From Callorhinchus milii (Eukaryota): a stretch of 64,000 nucleotides of DNA. Positions 37,891-50,249 of the stretch are shown here, piece by piece (the first letter of the stretch is position 1; each line of letters opens with the position of its first letter). Below the pieces are notes generated by a model, which saw nothing but the letters and a program-made list of their open reading frames with translations, was not told the origin of the DNA and ran no database searches. The translations under genes and the position numbers were made by a program. The stretch spans positions 48,362,001-48,426,000 of the forward strand of contig NW_024704742.1 in assembly GCF_018977255.1 (NCBI RefSeq), in the 5' to 3' direction.

Positions 37891-40800
37891 ACCCACTAAT
37901 GGGGGTGATGATAACAGAAACAGCTTGCATTTATATAGGGCCCTTCATGTGGGGTAGCATCCTGGAGCGCTTTAGAGAGGAAGGGCTGCAGAGTTCTTTA
38001 TAACTTTAAGCTGAAGGTAGCACGAATGGCTCAGAGTAATTTCTTCTACTGGTCTTCTTTCTGTCCGGAGGAGTGTTGAGCCTTTTTAGAATGTCACTAC
38101 AATCATCAAATCTTGTCTGACCTTCTGTCCTATTCTGCTGTTGTGCTATAAAACACTAAACCACTGCCTTCCCGGCAGCTGCTCGACAAGATGCATTGCT
38201 TCATTTCACATGCTTCACATTCTACAAGTGTCAGGTTATCTCTACTGGGTACTGAAATGCAGGGATGTATGGAGGTGGTAGTTACTTGTAGAATGAAAAA
38301 CGCACAATTATCTTCATTCTGCATTCTCCACACATAGCTGGCTCTAGTAGGTACACTTTGGTAACACGTACTGAGAGTATCAAAGATGCCAGCATTATGT
38401 GAAGAGTACTTCAGGCTGAATATTTTAAAACTATAAACTCATTCATAATTTAAAGTATAAGCACTGTTAACTTTGTTGGCTTTGTTGGCTTAGAAATCTA
38501 ATTAATCTCTTCTGGTTCATCTCCCAACAGTCATTTATTAATTGTTGGTCAATAAAGTTGATATAATAGATGCACTTGTTTTTAATCATTAGTGTAGAGC
38601 TCAAAGTACCTTCTTCTAACGAAAAGGACTGAAAATATGATTTAAAAGCGACAACTTGCACTTAAATAGCACCCTTCACGTAGTATGATGTTCAGAGCAT
38701 GTTTCAGTGATTGGGTAGGTTTTAAGGTATGACATTAAAGATGGCTATAGAGGACAGGGGATTGAGGTAAGGGAGTTCCAAACGTTGAGGGCATAGAATC
38801 TGGAGTGGAAGATATGTAGCAAGATCAAGTTAGTCGAGTGGAGGGGCAAGCAGAGGAGTAGATTAAGGGAAGATCAGAGATAGTGAGATGTTAGAGCATG
38901 AAGGGACTTATAATTGAGGGTGACTAGCTTGAAGTTGATCCAATGGGTGATAGTGAAGCAGTGGAGTCTGGTGGGAACTGGACTAATAGATATGCGGAGT
39001 TTAGTGCGGGTGAGAAAATGGGCGGTGTAGTTTATTGATGCCAGAGCTCGGGAGACCAGTGTGGATTGAAAATGCACTGAACTTCTCATACCCAAGGGTA
39101 CATGAGAGTACTTTTTGAGGCAGTAATGAGTTTGGGGGATTTATTTAAATCCAAATCCACATGCTTTATTGCTTTTACTAATAGAATAATGTAGCATGTA
39201 GTTATTTTTCAGTCCACCGGACTAAAATTTAACATAATTGGAACTATTAATCAAAAGCACTGATACATTTGATATAAATTTGCTGAACAGTTTTCACAGT
39301 ACAATATTTCCAATCTGGAAGTTGGCGTTGTCTGCTTATAAGAAGGAATCCCCAAAGACAGCCATTATGTTAATCCAAGATGGATTGGCCTGCAATAATC
39401 TTTAGCTGTTGGGAGGCCACGTGGAGACAAACAGATATTTTTATTACAGGAGTCCATTCAGTCCTTTGTCTGTTCCACTTCCACCTGTCTTATTAAATCA
39501 TTTTTTTTATTAATCCCATTTCCCAACTATTATTCTTTAATCCCTTTACTGCCAAGGTGTCCATTCCCCTTTGAATTATTATATTGATCAGTCTCAATAG
39601 CCACTTCTAGCAATGAATTTCAAACCCAAACTTTCTGAGTGAAGACATTTTTTCAAACTGCTCCCCTACTTTTACTGCTTTAGCTTCATTACAAATGTAC
39701 CCAATTGAAGGTTTGTTTTTCCCTATTTTGCCCATTTAGAATATTAGACCTCTATTGTTCTTCTTTACTCTGGTGGAAAAATCCCCAATTTAGTCAGTCT
39801 CTTCATAAGAACATTTTGTCATACCTGCATCCATCCTAGCAAATCTGAATTGCACCCTCCATCTCTTACATGCTCTTGTAATGGATGTCTGAGATTGGGC
39901 CATGGAGAAATGCGCCTGATTTCTCTACAGAACCCTCTGCTAGTGTCTGCATGTGTGGCAGCTGAGTGGGGAGAAGTCAGGTTTGGCTCTGATGCCATCA
40001 AGTTGGCAACTGACCCACAGCCAAGCACCATACATGAACCATGGTCACCTGGTTGGGATACTGGAGAAGCCCAGTGCCTGTGCAATCACATCTAGCAAGA
40101 GGAGGCCGGAGCAGAGAAGCATATGTCAATGGGGAAAAAATTAGAAAAAATTGGACACACTAAACTTTTTTAAAAAAAATCCACATTGCTGTAGAATCTT
40201 AGAAATTCAAGACAGAATGGTTTTATTGGCTAAAACTAGGTGGAATTTCATACCTTTAATGGTTATTGGTTTGTTGAAGATTGGATGTGTGCTCTTCAGG
40301 GATATCCATGATTCTGAATGCACAGTTCTACCCAGAAATGCTGACAACTCAATATTCCATCACATTGAGAAGAGCTGTGGAATATCTAATGTGTCCATGA
40401 AAGTCCAATAATGTTTGGCTGATTATTTTGAGTGTTGGTACATTTCAGTTGATTTTCATTTGTCATGATGACAATTCATATTTTATTTCAGATATGAAGG
40501 AGTTAGGTAGCCGATTCAAGTTGTTCTTTCACTTGTAGAAAATTGGCTGAAATCCAGCCTTAACTGATGGGATGAGGTCCCACTGTGGTTGTACTAAGCA
40601 TTTTGGGAAGTCACAGAAAGTTCCCTCAACCCAGATGTGAAAGACTGTTCTGATCCATTGCAGCACCTTGTCCCCTCCATGAGTGCCGAAAGCTCAGATG
40701 ATTAATCAGGGTCATGATGACAAGTGGAAGAACTGATGTACCATTGCTCAGTGCAATAGTCTGTTCATCCCAATGTATTACTGTGCTGCAATCTAAAATT

Positions 40801-41166
40801 GGTTTTATAATAATGAAACTGAGTAGATTGTGTTGTCGCTGAAAATCACTGTTTTAGTAAAAACACTGTTCCAGACAGCTGATAACCAAGTGCAATATCA
40901 TCCTTGCTTCCTATCATATAGTCACTGTGGTATGAAAATTGTCTACCACGTTTGCCTACAAGTACAATCACTACACTTAACATTAAAATTCTGTGAAGCA
41001 CTTTGAGAAGTCTCAATGATGTGATAAGGTGCTATATCAAATGCAAGGATTATTATTTGCTGTTCACAAAAACTCCTATTGTAATATTCTTATACAGTAA
41101 ACATTTTTTTAGAGATGCTGTCTTTGATCCATTGTACCCCTCCTCCAATATACTTTAGTACATGTG

Positions 41167-41563
41167 TCAGCCTGGCTCAGTTAGTAGCATTCTTGCTTCT
41201 GGGTCAGAAGGGTTGTGGGTCCAAGCCCTACGCTGGAACTTTCAACTCAGCACACTTCAATGCAACCCTAATGTAATGCTGCATTGCTGAAAGTACCGTC
41301 TTTTGGATGAGATGTTAGACCGAGGTCCCGTCTGCCTGTTCGGGTGGAAACTAAAGATCCCGTGGTACTATTCGAAAATAGAAGGAAGTTTCTCGCAGTG
41401 TCCTGGTCGACAATCTCCCAAATAAAATTGGTCATTCACTTCATGGGTGTTTGTGGAACATTGTTGCATGCAAATTTGCTGCTGCTTTAGTCTACAAGAT
41501 ACACTTTATAGTGAAGCGCTTTGAGACAACCTCCTGATGCTATATCAGATGTAAGAATTATTT
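41167..41563 (+). mobile_element. Deu-domain SINE (family B), near full length
   Basis: tRNA-like head tggctcagttagtagca..., Deu-like ttggatgagatgttagaccgaggtcccgtctgcctgttcgggtgg...aaagatcccgtgg, shared 3' body and tail. Confidence 0.85.
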
Positions 41564-42814
41564 CATTATTAATATTCTGGAATATCACAATGAAGATTCA
41601 TATCTTTTGTGTTGGATAATTTTGTAATAATTATAAAACCGTGAGTCATGAATAAAAGTGAAGACAATTTTAAGTGAAGTTCAGGCAGATTTTAATTCAA
41701 ACTAAACATGGATATGTTTTTAAATCCTTCGAAATGATTGACCAGTGACCGAATTGTCAAATATGGTGCAAGTGAACAAAACCATGAAAATATCACTGTG
41801 TGGAGTGCTTTCATGCCAGAAATATATAGAGCCTTTATCATCAGTCTATATAATCCATGCCAAACAAGGCTTTGTTTATAAACTGAAACTAGAACAAGCT
41901 TGAACATGTTGGTGCAGGTGTAATTGAGAGTAATGTCCTGCATTACAGAATTAAGTAGAAAGAACGTGTGCGTAGGTTACTCTGAATCATAAAAGTTTCT
42001 TTCATACTTTTCGTAATGTCGTCACAAGAACCTTTTCCAAAGGATCTGTTGTGCATGTGCTTTAATAGTGACCAGATGTATTAATGAATTTCTGATTTGG
42101 GAAACGGAATGCATACTGGGAGTATGGGAGGTTCCAAAATTGGGCAATCATGAAATTAATGATGGGCTGATCAAAACTTTAATGTTGATTCAACTTTGGG
42201 TTTACTACGGCTAATGGATTTCATTTAAAAAAATTGATCACTCAATTCCTTACTGTTTGTGGGGCACTGCTGTCGCAGTTGGCTGCTGCTGTAGGCATTT
42301 CACTTACAAAAGATAGTCAATTCACTTTACAATATATTCTGTGAAGTGCTTTGAGATATCTCAAAGATGTGATAAAGCGCTATATCAAATGCAAGGATTA
42401 TTATTTTATCATCTCTATGTGTTCTGTATTTGCTCAGCAATCAGGCCTTGCTGATCCTCTAGCAGTAGGAAAAGTTCTTAAGAAAGGAAAGTTTTCTATG
42501 TCCCACTGGATATCCTCTCAATTTCCGTTTGGAGCAAATGTGTTTTCTTATATGAACATCCCACCCAGAATCCTAAATCTGTTTCAAATACTCCTGGTTT
42601 AGATTACTCATACTGATACCACTGACCTGGATAAATAAATTACCAGGTCAACTGGAAGAGGCTAAAAAATATATCGCAAAGCTACAGCAGACTACAAACT
42701 GAGGTCTCATTCTCCTGAACTGCTACTACTACTGGCAATATCATCTTGGGAAAAGGGGTGGGGGGAAAAGGTAAGCAGGGTCAATGTGACTTGATGACTC
42801 CAATATGACTTTCT

Positions 42815-43183
42815 TAATGATAATAATAAAAATCCTTGCATTTGATATAGTGCCTTATCACGTCTTTGAGATGTCTCAGAGCGCTCAATAGAATATTCTG
42901 TAAAGTGAATTGACTGTATATTTTGTGGGCAAAACCTGGCAGCCAATTGCGCAGAGGAGTGTCCCATAACAGCCATGGATTAACTGACCAAATTATATTC
43001 TGTAATTTATTTTGAAGGGATTATTACCCCTGGAAAAGCAATCCACTAATTGATTAATAATTGGGTTCCTATATACTGCTAGGTAAACAGAGGCTTGTGG
43101 AGTAAAAAAAACTTGCCTATCGTTTTGCCCTGCCCGGGAATTGAACCCAAGTCCTCTCGCTTGCGAGGCGAGTGCTCTAACCA
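42815..43183 (-). mobile_element. SINE family A
   Basis: Reverse complement includes ggttagagcactcgcctcgcaagcgagagg...ggttcaattccc and the tail. Confidence 0.9.
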
Positions 43184-45283
43184 ATACTTGAGTGAACTCT
43201 GTGGCGCTCTTGGTTGTCGATTTCCTGAGCAGGCAGGTCTGCAGTATTCCAGGATACTGTTAATGACAAACCAGCCAGCCTGGCTCGTTTGGCAGGATTT
43301 GGAGGGACAGACCAGACCCAGAAATTTTCATATAGATTGCATGCATGTGTAGAATGCTCAGCCTGATTTGGACACTCATAAATGTGGTGATGGGTGGGCG
43401 TCCGCATTTGTCCGACATCCGGCTGGCCAAACATAAGTAATGGCAGAGCAAACACAATCAAGTCCTGATCCACTGTTCCGTTGATGACGACAGATAGTAA
43501 GAGTGTTTGTAGGTTTCTCCCATTGCGCACCATTCCAATGTCTCTGACTAATGTACTCCTGTTTGTTCAGTCAATCCCTCTGAACTGTGCTACTTTATGG
43601 GTGTGGAGAGATAATAATAATGCTTGAATTTGATAAAGCGCCTTATCGCGTTGTTGAGATGTCTTAAAGCGCTTCACTGGATTCACTGTAAAATTAAATG
43701 ACTGTGGTTTGTAGGCAAAACACAATTAAATAGCAAGAATATTACATCTCACTATCAGAGTAATATGGGAATTGAACCAGCCTCTGTGACGGTCTCTACT
43801 CTGGTTCCTGAGCCAGGCGGGTCCACAGTATTCCAGGGTACTGCTGATGACAGCACAGCCCAGCCTGTCTCACAGTAGCATAAGTAGACCTTTTCTGGTC
43901 GGCTAGGTAGGCGTCTGACACACAAGAAAACCCATCGCTGTGTTTAAGAGTATCCAAAGCAAATAGAGTTCCATGTATCCAACAACAACTTGCATTTACA
44001 TAGTGTCATTAAACTTGCAGCTATGTGAAAGGCACAATAAAAATGCAAGGCTGAGATGTGGTCAACAGCCTAAGAGACTATCAAAAGTATCAGCCACTTA
44101 GTGCAAACCTAACAACCCAGTTCTCAGTTCAGTTTAGATACATGGTCAGAATTCCACTTCATAAGGAAAGAATTGTTTGGATGCTCAGACAATTAATCTT
44201 CTACCCCATTTGCTTCTCATGCTACTGTTTTACAACCCCAGTCACGTTTTACCTGTAAGAAATAAATACAATTACTGCACTTTACAATTTATCCTGGGAA
44301 GCACTTTCAGATATCTTGACATGACAGGCGTTATGTCAAACACATGGAACATTATTGTTAAATGCGGGCCCAAGTGATGCTCTTCGATTTTTTCAGCCCT
44401 GCATGTGTTACTTGGATTAGTTGTTGACAATTAAGCAAAACTGATATCAAACTGCCAAATCCAGTCAATACATTGGTTCTGGTCTGTTGTATAATATAAA
44501 TGGATATCATGATATGATTTAACTTATTTAAATACATTTTTTTATAAACTATTCATATTTTGTTCCAGTATTCATTAAAATATTTATGTATAATTCAGTA
44601 ACAGACTGAGAATTTATGGTCTACTTTGACTTAAATAAGCCATATTTGTTCATGCCTCATAAAAGAAATGTTTTGTGCTACTGAGAGTTGTGCTTAGCGT
44701 TGAATGACCAGAGTTCAGTGGCAAGGGAAATGACAAAAGGTGTTGTTGTTTTACAACCTTTGACAACAAACATCATTGGCAATAAATGCAAAGTATTACC
44801 ACCTGAGGATAATCTGAGTAACCACATCTACCCAAACCTACATTTCTCGGTTGAAGACCTTTCTTTTCGACCGCACCTTTGGTCACCTTCCTCCACCTCC
44901 CTCCGGCTCGGCCCCGGGATCTGTTTCTGAAGCGCTCTGGCATGGAGGGCGCTATATAAATCCAAGTTGTTGTTATAATATTTTTTAAAAATTCACACAA
45001 CATCATTTTTTTGAGGAGTTAGAACTTTGTTTCAAGTCAAACGATATTCACATTTTTTTTGATTGAAACACAATATTCTTAAGTATTATTCAGGGAATTC
45101 ATGGACTGTTATTTAATAATTTGGTTTTTTCACAAATCTCAAATATCGTCATGAATAGCTATAATAAAACCAAAATTATATATGTCACTAAGTCAATGAA
45201 ATGTCTGTTCAGAGTTTTATATGATATGGTATGTTGCATTCAGCATATTCTGTTTTAAATTGTATGTTTCTTTTCTTTTTCAG

Positions 45284-45414
45284 TCCACTGATCTGACTGG
45301 TCTGGTGATGGTTATGTTATATGATTTTCAAAATCGGAAATTCCAGCCACGCAGCGTCTGTGAAGCAGATGATGTAATAGCTGATGTTAGAGATATAGAA
45401 CAGCATCTTCATAA
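45284..45414 (+). CDS. NSUN7: NSUN7 coding exon 3 (131 nt)
   Basis: Long polypyrimidine tract plus cag, donor gtatgc; encodes STDLTGLVMVMLYDFQNRKFQPR...IEQHLH, containing the NSUN7-like VMLYDFQxRKFQ. Confidence 0.95.
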
Positions 45415-45962
45415 GTATGCAAACCAGTAAATTATTTTAATCTAATACAGACATTAAAGTTTGGTTTCATAATTTAAGGGAATTAACTATGGGTAGATAA
45501 GTTTCCTTTTTGGTCAGCTAGATAGGCGACTGACACACGAGGAAACCCATCGCCATGAATCCAAAGCAAATAGAGTTCCATGCATCCAACAACAACTTGT
45601 ATTTATATAGCGTCCTTTGAGTACTCATTAAACTTGCAACTATGTGAAAGCCGCTATAAAAATGCAAGTTGTTGTAATTTGAAGGGAAACATTTGAAAGG
45701 AAAAGTCAGGGTGCATGATGTGTTAATACATAACGCATCATGCACCCTGACTTTTGATTCATCATTGTTGAATCTTACCACAAGGTTGGTAGGAATGGAT
45801 ATTTTAATGAACATATATCTCCCGCTATAATTGGTTCTTTGCCAATTAAAAGCTGTTGTACTGCTAGTCATAACCATATATGCACTTGTAGTATTTGCAC
45901 TCAAAATTGATGTAAGTATGAAGTGACAGCTTAAAAATCGATCAATTGTTCTCATTGTTTAG

Positions 45963-46115
45963 ATTTAAAACTAAGATTGCTGCTGCACTAGCTCGATGTC
46001 GGATTAAGAATGATGCAATCTCCATTGACTTAATTCTTCCTGAAGCTGTGAGAAACCAGGAAAAACGAGCTTCTACTTTGCCACTTTACGCCTGGGTAAA
46101 TGCATTAAAGATCAG
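45963..46115 (+). CDS. NSUN7: NSUN7 coding exon 4 (153 nt)
   Basis: Acceptor tgtttag, donor gtaatc; encodes KFKTKIAAALARCRIKNDAISIDLILPEAVRNQEKRASTLPLYAWVNALKI. Not in the ORF track; read directly from the sequence. Confidence 0.96.
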
Positions 46116-46504
46116 GTAATCAATGGAAATGTTCTCATAAATTAGTGTGTAATCCAGATGCCATTTGTTTTCCTGACGGGAAGCAGATAGAGCACTAATA
46201 TTAACATTGCTTCTAGCACCATTCATCAGGCATTTTATAGTAATATTGAAAACTGAAGTACCTGACTGCTTATGATTGATGACCAATAGGTACCAAAAAT
46301 GAAGAATAACCACCTCTTTTATTTGTAGTTTCATACCCTGGCTTACAACCAATGTATGTATAGTTCCAGTACCAATACATGCAATACCGAAGTGTCAGTT
46401 TTAATGTTAGTTCTCCTACTTCTAACTGACTTAAAAGTTCTGTTTGTTTTTAAACTTTTGAATGATGAAAGGTATTGACTAATACCATATATTGACCTGA
46501 ACAG

Positions 46505-46688
46505 CCTTGAAGATGTGATGAATATACTGGAGCTGGAAGGCTTTCCAAAGGTAAAGTCTGTCAGCGAATTTCAGGGGCAATCTTTTTGTCAGGATCGACA
46601 CTGCCAGGACCTACTACTTTTCCCTTCTCAGATAAAATGTATGCTCTATGACCTGCAACTTTTTACCAGTTACAAGCTAGTAATCCAG
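46505..46688 (+). CDS. NSUN7: NSUN7 coding exon 5 (184 nt)
   Basis: Acceptor gaacag, donor gtaagt; encodes SLEDVMNILELEGFPKVKSV...DRHCQDLLLFPSQIK...YKLVIQ; phases fit both neighbours. Confidence 0.94.
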
Positions 46689-46749
46689 GTAAGTGAAGAA
46701 ATCAAATGTAAATTATAATTTAGAAAAATACATTTTCATTTCAATTAGC

Positions 46750-47826
46750 ATAGATCGAAGAGTGGCTAACAGGCAGAAAACAGAGTGTAGGGATAAACGG
46801 GTCCTTCTCAGATTGGCAGGTTGTGACTAGTGGAGTGCCACAAGGCTCAGTGCTTGGGCCTCAACTGTTTACAGTCTACATCAATGATTTAGATGAGGAA
46901 GTAGAGCTTATTGTATCTAAATTCATGGACAATACAAAGCTAGGTGGGAAAGTTAGCTGTGAGGAGGACACAAGGTGGATGCAAAGGGATACAGACAGGT
47001 TAAGTGAGTGGCCAAGAAAGTGGCAGATGGAGTACAATGTGGGGAAGTGTGAAGTTATTCACCTAGGTAGAAAAAGTAGAAAAGCAGACTATTTTCTAGA
47101 GGGGGAGAGACTAGATAGTGTTAGTATTCAGAGGGATTTAGGTGCACTTGTACACCAATCACAGCAAGTTAGTGTGCAGGTAAAGCAAGCAATTAGGAAG
47201 GCTAATGCCATGTTAGCGTTCATTGCAAAGGGGTTAGAGTACAAGAGTAGGGAAGTCTTGCTGTAATTGGTGAGACCCCACCTAGAATATTGTGCGCAGT
47301 TTTGGTCTCCTTACCCAAAAAGGATATACTCGCCTTAGAGGGGGTGCAGCGTAGATTCACTAGGTTGGTTCATGGGATGAGGGGGTTGACCTATGAGGAG
47401 AGGTTGAGTAAACTAGGCCTATATTCTCTAGAATATAGAAGAATTAGAGGTGATCTTATAGAAACCTATAAGATTCTTAAAGGTCTTGTCAGGATAGATA
47501 GTGTGAGACTGTTTCCCCTGGTTGGAGAATCTAAAACTAGGGGTCATAGTCTCAGAATTAAAGGTCACCTCTTTAGAACTGATTTGCGAAAAAAAAATTC
47601 ACTCAGAGAGTAGTGAATTTGTGGAATTCTCTACCCCAGAAGGCTGTGGATGCTCAGTCATTGAACATATTCAAGATGATAGATTTTTAAAAACTAAAGG
47701 GATTATGGGATATGCGGATAGGGCGGGTAAATGGAATTAGGTTAGAAGATCAGCCATGATCTTATTAAATGGCGGGGCAGGCTCGAGTGCCCGAATGGCC
47801 TACTCCTGTTTCTTATGTTTTTATGT
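46750..47826 (+). mobile_element. CR1 3' part (RT C-terminal half and UTR)
   Basis: VTSGVPQGSVLGP, KFMDNTKLG, NVGKCEVIHLG, RRIRGDLIETYKI; CR1 tail; close to the 28810-32243 copy. Confidence 0.93.
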
Positions 47827-47940
47827 AATTTTAACAGTACTGTCTGGTTCTGAAATTTAAATCATATAAAGTATTAACTTTTGTTTTGAGTATTTGTTTC
47901 ACAACCAATGGTAAATTCCAGGTCCATCCTTTCCTTGCAG

Positions 47941-48151
47941 GATAAAACTCGGAGTCTCGCACCACACTCAGTGAAGGCCTTGATGAATATGGATGATGAT
48001 ATCGTAGTTACTAATGCATGTTCACGGCTGACTGTTGCCCATATGTCTGTTCTGACTGATCAGAACTCATCCAAGGTCTATGTTTGTGGGGTGAAGGCTG
48101 AATTGCAACAAACTGAACTGAGGAGGCTATTTGAAGAAATGGGCTGTAAAA
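47941..48151 (+). CDS. NSUN7: NSUN7 coding exon 6 (211 nt)
   Basis: Acceptor ttccttgcag, donor gtgcgt; encodes DKTRSLAPHSVKALMNMDDDIVVTN...VYVCGV...LFEEMGCK (QD motif and motif I region of the RsmB/NOP2 fold). Confidence 0.96.
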
Positions 48152-48339
48152 GTGCGTGTTTAAGTGGTTGACTGTTCATCATCCGTACCATTGCATCAGA
48201 TTGGAGGTTATTAAATGTATATAGAAATATTACATTGTAAAGAGCAGAAGGTTGATTCTACAGCAAAAGATTTATTACTAATGACCCCCAGAATGGTCTT
48301 AGCAAACAGAGGTATTTGCATGAATGGATAGAAGGATTT

Positions 48340-48913
48340 TGTAGACGTCATTATTGCTTCTCTGACTTCTCAACTACGCTAACTCCCTTCTTGACGGCCT
48401 TTCCAACTCTTCCCTCCACAAGTTACAGATCATTCAAACCTCTGCAGCTCATGTCCTCTCTCGCACCAGGCTCTGTGAGCCTTATCACTCCCACCCTTGC
48501 CCAGCTCCACTGGCACCCCATCCCCCGAGAAAAAAGTTTAAAATCCTTGTCCTCGCCTTCCAACACTCTCCGTGGTATTGGTCTTCCCTACCTCTTTCTG
48601 TGCCCTGCTAACTCCATCTAGACCTCTGCTCAGCAGGCTCCTACCTGGTCAGTGTCCCCCCTCCCGGTCCACCCCACCTCGGCGATCGGGCTTTCAGCCT
48701 CTGCCTTTTGGAACTCTATCCCACAAGTCCCCCTCTCCTTGCTCCCTCCCTTACCTCCTTTAAGGCGCCGTCTCAAGACCCTCCTTCGACCACACCTTCA
48801 GTCACTCCTACACCTATCTCCCTGCCCTCCATCTCTCCTGATCCCAACCCCTAGCTGGGACATTGGAATGTCCTCCCAACATGAAAGGCGCTATACCAAT
48901 GTCATTTGTTGTT
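48340..48913 (+). mobile_element. L2 3' fragment (another at about 49005-49182)
   Basis: ITPTLAQLHWHPI..., AFWNSIPQ, stem-loop and tail. Confidence 0.85.
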
Positions 48914-49247
48914 GAGAGAGTTTTGTCTTTTCTACTCACCTAGTGACTCAGTTGTGCTTAACAAAACTATCAGACATTGGCTTAAAATAAAAGTTGGTTC
49001 AGTTCGTCTCAAGAACTTCCTGTTTGACTGCGCCTTTGGTCATCTTCCTCCCCCTATCTTCACTTCCCTTGGCCTCCACCCTTCCCAAAACCAATCTCCA
49101 GCTCAGGTGCAAATCCTCGATTGACTAGTGCCTTGGGATGTTCTCCCAATGTGAAAGGCATTATATAAATGCAATTTGTTGCAGTATCAAATAGAAACTG
49201 ATTTTAGAAACTTGAAAGAACAGACTAAGCATGTGTCATTCTTTGGA

Positions 49248-49386
49248 GGAAAATGCAAAATACTGCAGATGCTGAAAATCTGAACCAAAAGCAAGAGAGT
49301 TGTGGACCTGAATCATTGATTCACTTTCCCTTCTACATAGATGCTGTCTAACCTGCTGAGTATTCCCATCGACTTCTGTTTTTGTA
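49248..49386. mobile_element. Remnant of a shark-type repeat (Penelope-associated terminal sequence as recalled); inverted partial copy at 28538-28573
   Basis: aaatactgcagatgctgaaaatctgaa ... agatgctgtctaacctgctgagtatt. The family assignment is from memory only. Confidence 0.5.
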
Positions 49387-49699
49387 TCAAATAATGTACA
49401 TTTGGTGCTGATTTTTAGATTTGTTACTGGGCCAATATTTATTTGTTTTGATGTTGGTGTCAGTACTTTTATAGGAGAAACAGAACTCATAGAAAATATT
49501 ATGCCCACCATAATTTAAACAAATTATAATGTAGTATCAATATCACTAAAGAAGTAAAATAAATACCTGAAATAAATAGGACCACTTAAGATTTGTAAAA
49601 ATGTTTAGTTTCCAGGAAGTAAGTACATATTTATATTTAATCAAATGAAAGCTTCAGATATAAGCTCACTATGACTCGTCTTATTTAAATGTTCTACAG

Positions 49700-49843
49700 A
49701 CGTAAAGCTGATACCTCAGAACTTCACTGACATTGAGCCTACAGATCCCCGATTACAGAAGGTTAAAGTTATTCTGCTTGTGCCCCAGTGTTCAGCGTCT
49801 GGCGTCAGCAACCCAGTGGATTTTATCTTAAATGAGCATGGAG
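49700..49843 (+). CDS. NSUN7: NSUN7 coding exon 7 (144 nt; motif IV)
   Basis: Acceptor ttctacag, donor gtaaat; encodes NVKLIPQNFTDIEPTDPRLQKVKVILLVPQCSASGVSNPVDFILNEHG. Not in the ORF track. Confidence 0.96.
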
Positions 49844-50249
49844 GTAAATACATCCTACAGATATTTAAATAATTATAAATGCCAACTGTTGCATAACCAG
49901 AGTGCAGTGAGTTCAAGCCTCTGCTTTGCTGAGTACCCATCTTAGCCATGGTACATCAGGAATTTAAGTGGAGGCTCAACAAACCCTCACAGAGAACTGG
50001 TAAGCTAAATGGTATTTCTGGTTCGTGTCGTGAGGCAATGGTGATGCATGATAGTGTGGTTTGGGGATTTTCCCATTTTAACACTGACTGGAATTTCAGC
50101 CCATTAAGTAATTGGTTTAAAAACAAAAAGGGGTGTATGTTGAGTATAAGGGTCTATGTACCTTATACTCAACATATGTTCAGGAGTGATTGATAATCAA
50201 GATTGGAATGGATATCCCCAGACCAATTTGGCTTTGACATTTCAAATAT

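Noticed and set aside
46116..46504. U12-type intron
   Set aside because: The donor is GTAATC, not GTATCCTT, and there is no TCCTTAAC branch sequence.
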